Assembly (NCBI GenBank): GCA_048881705.1
Contig: JBHLSH010000055.1
Coordinates: 1-26,295 of the forward strand
Source of the DNA: Candidatus Heimdallarchaeota archaeon
Lineage (GTDB): Archaea; Asgardarchaeota; Heimdallarchaeia; Hodarchaeales; Hodarchaeaceae
Direction: 5' to 3'
DNA: 26,295 nucleotides
In this document: one piece after another, positions 25,856-26,295 of the stretch
Layout of the letters: every line of letters begins with the position of its first letter
Numbering within the stretch: position 1 is the stretch's first letter
The notes under the pieces: generated by a model
Database searches by the model: none
What the model saw: the letters and a program-made list of their open reading frames with translations, nothing else
What the model was told of the DNA's origin: nothing
Program-made: the position numbers and the translations under genes

Positions 25856-26295
25856 ATGCGTGAAAAAGGACCTAAAATTACTACTAGGGACAATAAGCTG
25901 ACTATTACGTTCGAAGAGGAAGTGGATATGGCGGACTACTTTGCCCTAGTATATGGCTTCGGAAAACTTCCATCTGACCAACAGGCCGAAATTTTAGACA
26001 CTATTCGTAACTACCGCGATCTTGGACATGAAGTGCATCTTCCCCAACCCGTCTCATCATCGCCTCTCCAGACCCTTCAGACCATTAAAACCAAAAAAGA
26101 GAAAATCCTTGCCATTGTGAGTAACTGGGCGAACCCAACCTGGCTCAATGCCAAGGAGGTTTTGGACCTCTATGAGCATTACATTGACCGGGACATCAGT
26201 ATTTCAACCGTTCAAACTAATCTTAACCGCCTGGTAGAGGCAGGATACGTTGAACGGAATGATACCAGCAATCCCATAGAATATCGCATCCATAA
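25856..26295 (+). CDS. Protein with a C-terminal BlaI/CopY-like winged helix, truncated by the window end (not in the ORF track)
   Basis: My translation from ATG 25856 gives 146 codons with no stop: MREKGPKITT...KEKILAIVSNWANPTWLNAKEVLDLYEHYIDRDISISTVQTNLNRLVEAGYVERNDTSNPIEYRIH. Confidence 0.8.
   Translation, partial: MREKGPKITTRDNKLTITFEEEVDMADYFALVYGFGKLPSDQQAEILDTIRNYRDLGHEVHLPQPVSSSPLQTLQTIKTKKEKILAIVSNWANPTWLNAKEVLDLYEHYIDRDISISTVQTNLNRLVEAGYVERNDTSNPIEYRIH

Noticed and set aside
1-26295. CRISPR array, rRNA, IS element or integrase
   Set aside because: No regularly spaced repeats, rRNA-like tract, or transposase/recombinase motifs were found by eye.

Overview
Core-genome segment of an archaeon. 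The gene set and CdvA-like and MutS1/MutL genes suggest an Asgard (Heimdallarchaeia-like) lineage, which is my inference and not a database result. Left to right: a truncated intron-containing tRNA, srp54, trmY, pus10, rpl21e, rpoF, tRNA-Pro(CGG) with a D-loop intron, a DHH phosphoesterase, a SWIM finger coupled to a CdvA-like coiled coil, psd-pssA, a tandem Lrp regulator, ahcY, two small hypotheticals, an operon (YqgF-like, nadM, NOG1-like GTPase, truA), a RadB-like paralog, mutS-mutL, tRNA-Leu(CAG), a two-intron tRNA-Ser(CGA), a MoxR AAA+/VWA pair and a GDPD. An AT-rich accessory-looking right end carries a MerT-like pseudogene, a TrmB-type wHTH and a truncated wHTH ORF missing from the ORF track. 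The strongest new observation is a complete -1 programmed ribosomal frameshift signal (U UUU UUA, 8-nt spacer, GC-rich hairpin) at the MoxR/VWA junction, which would make both a 290-aa ATPase and a 644-aa ATPase-VWA fusion. The second theme is tRNA introns at non-canonical positions. No CRISPR array, rRNA or transposase was seen.
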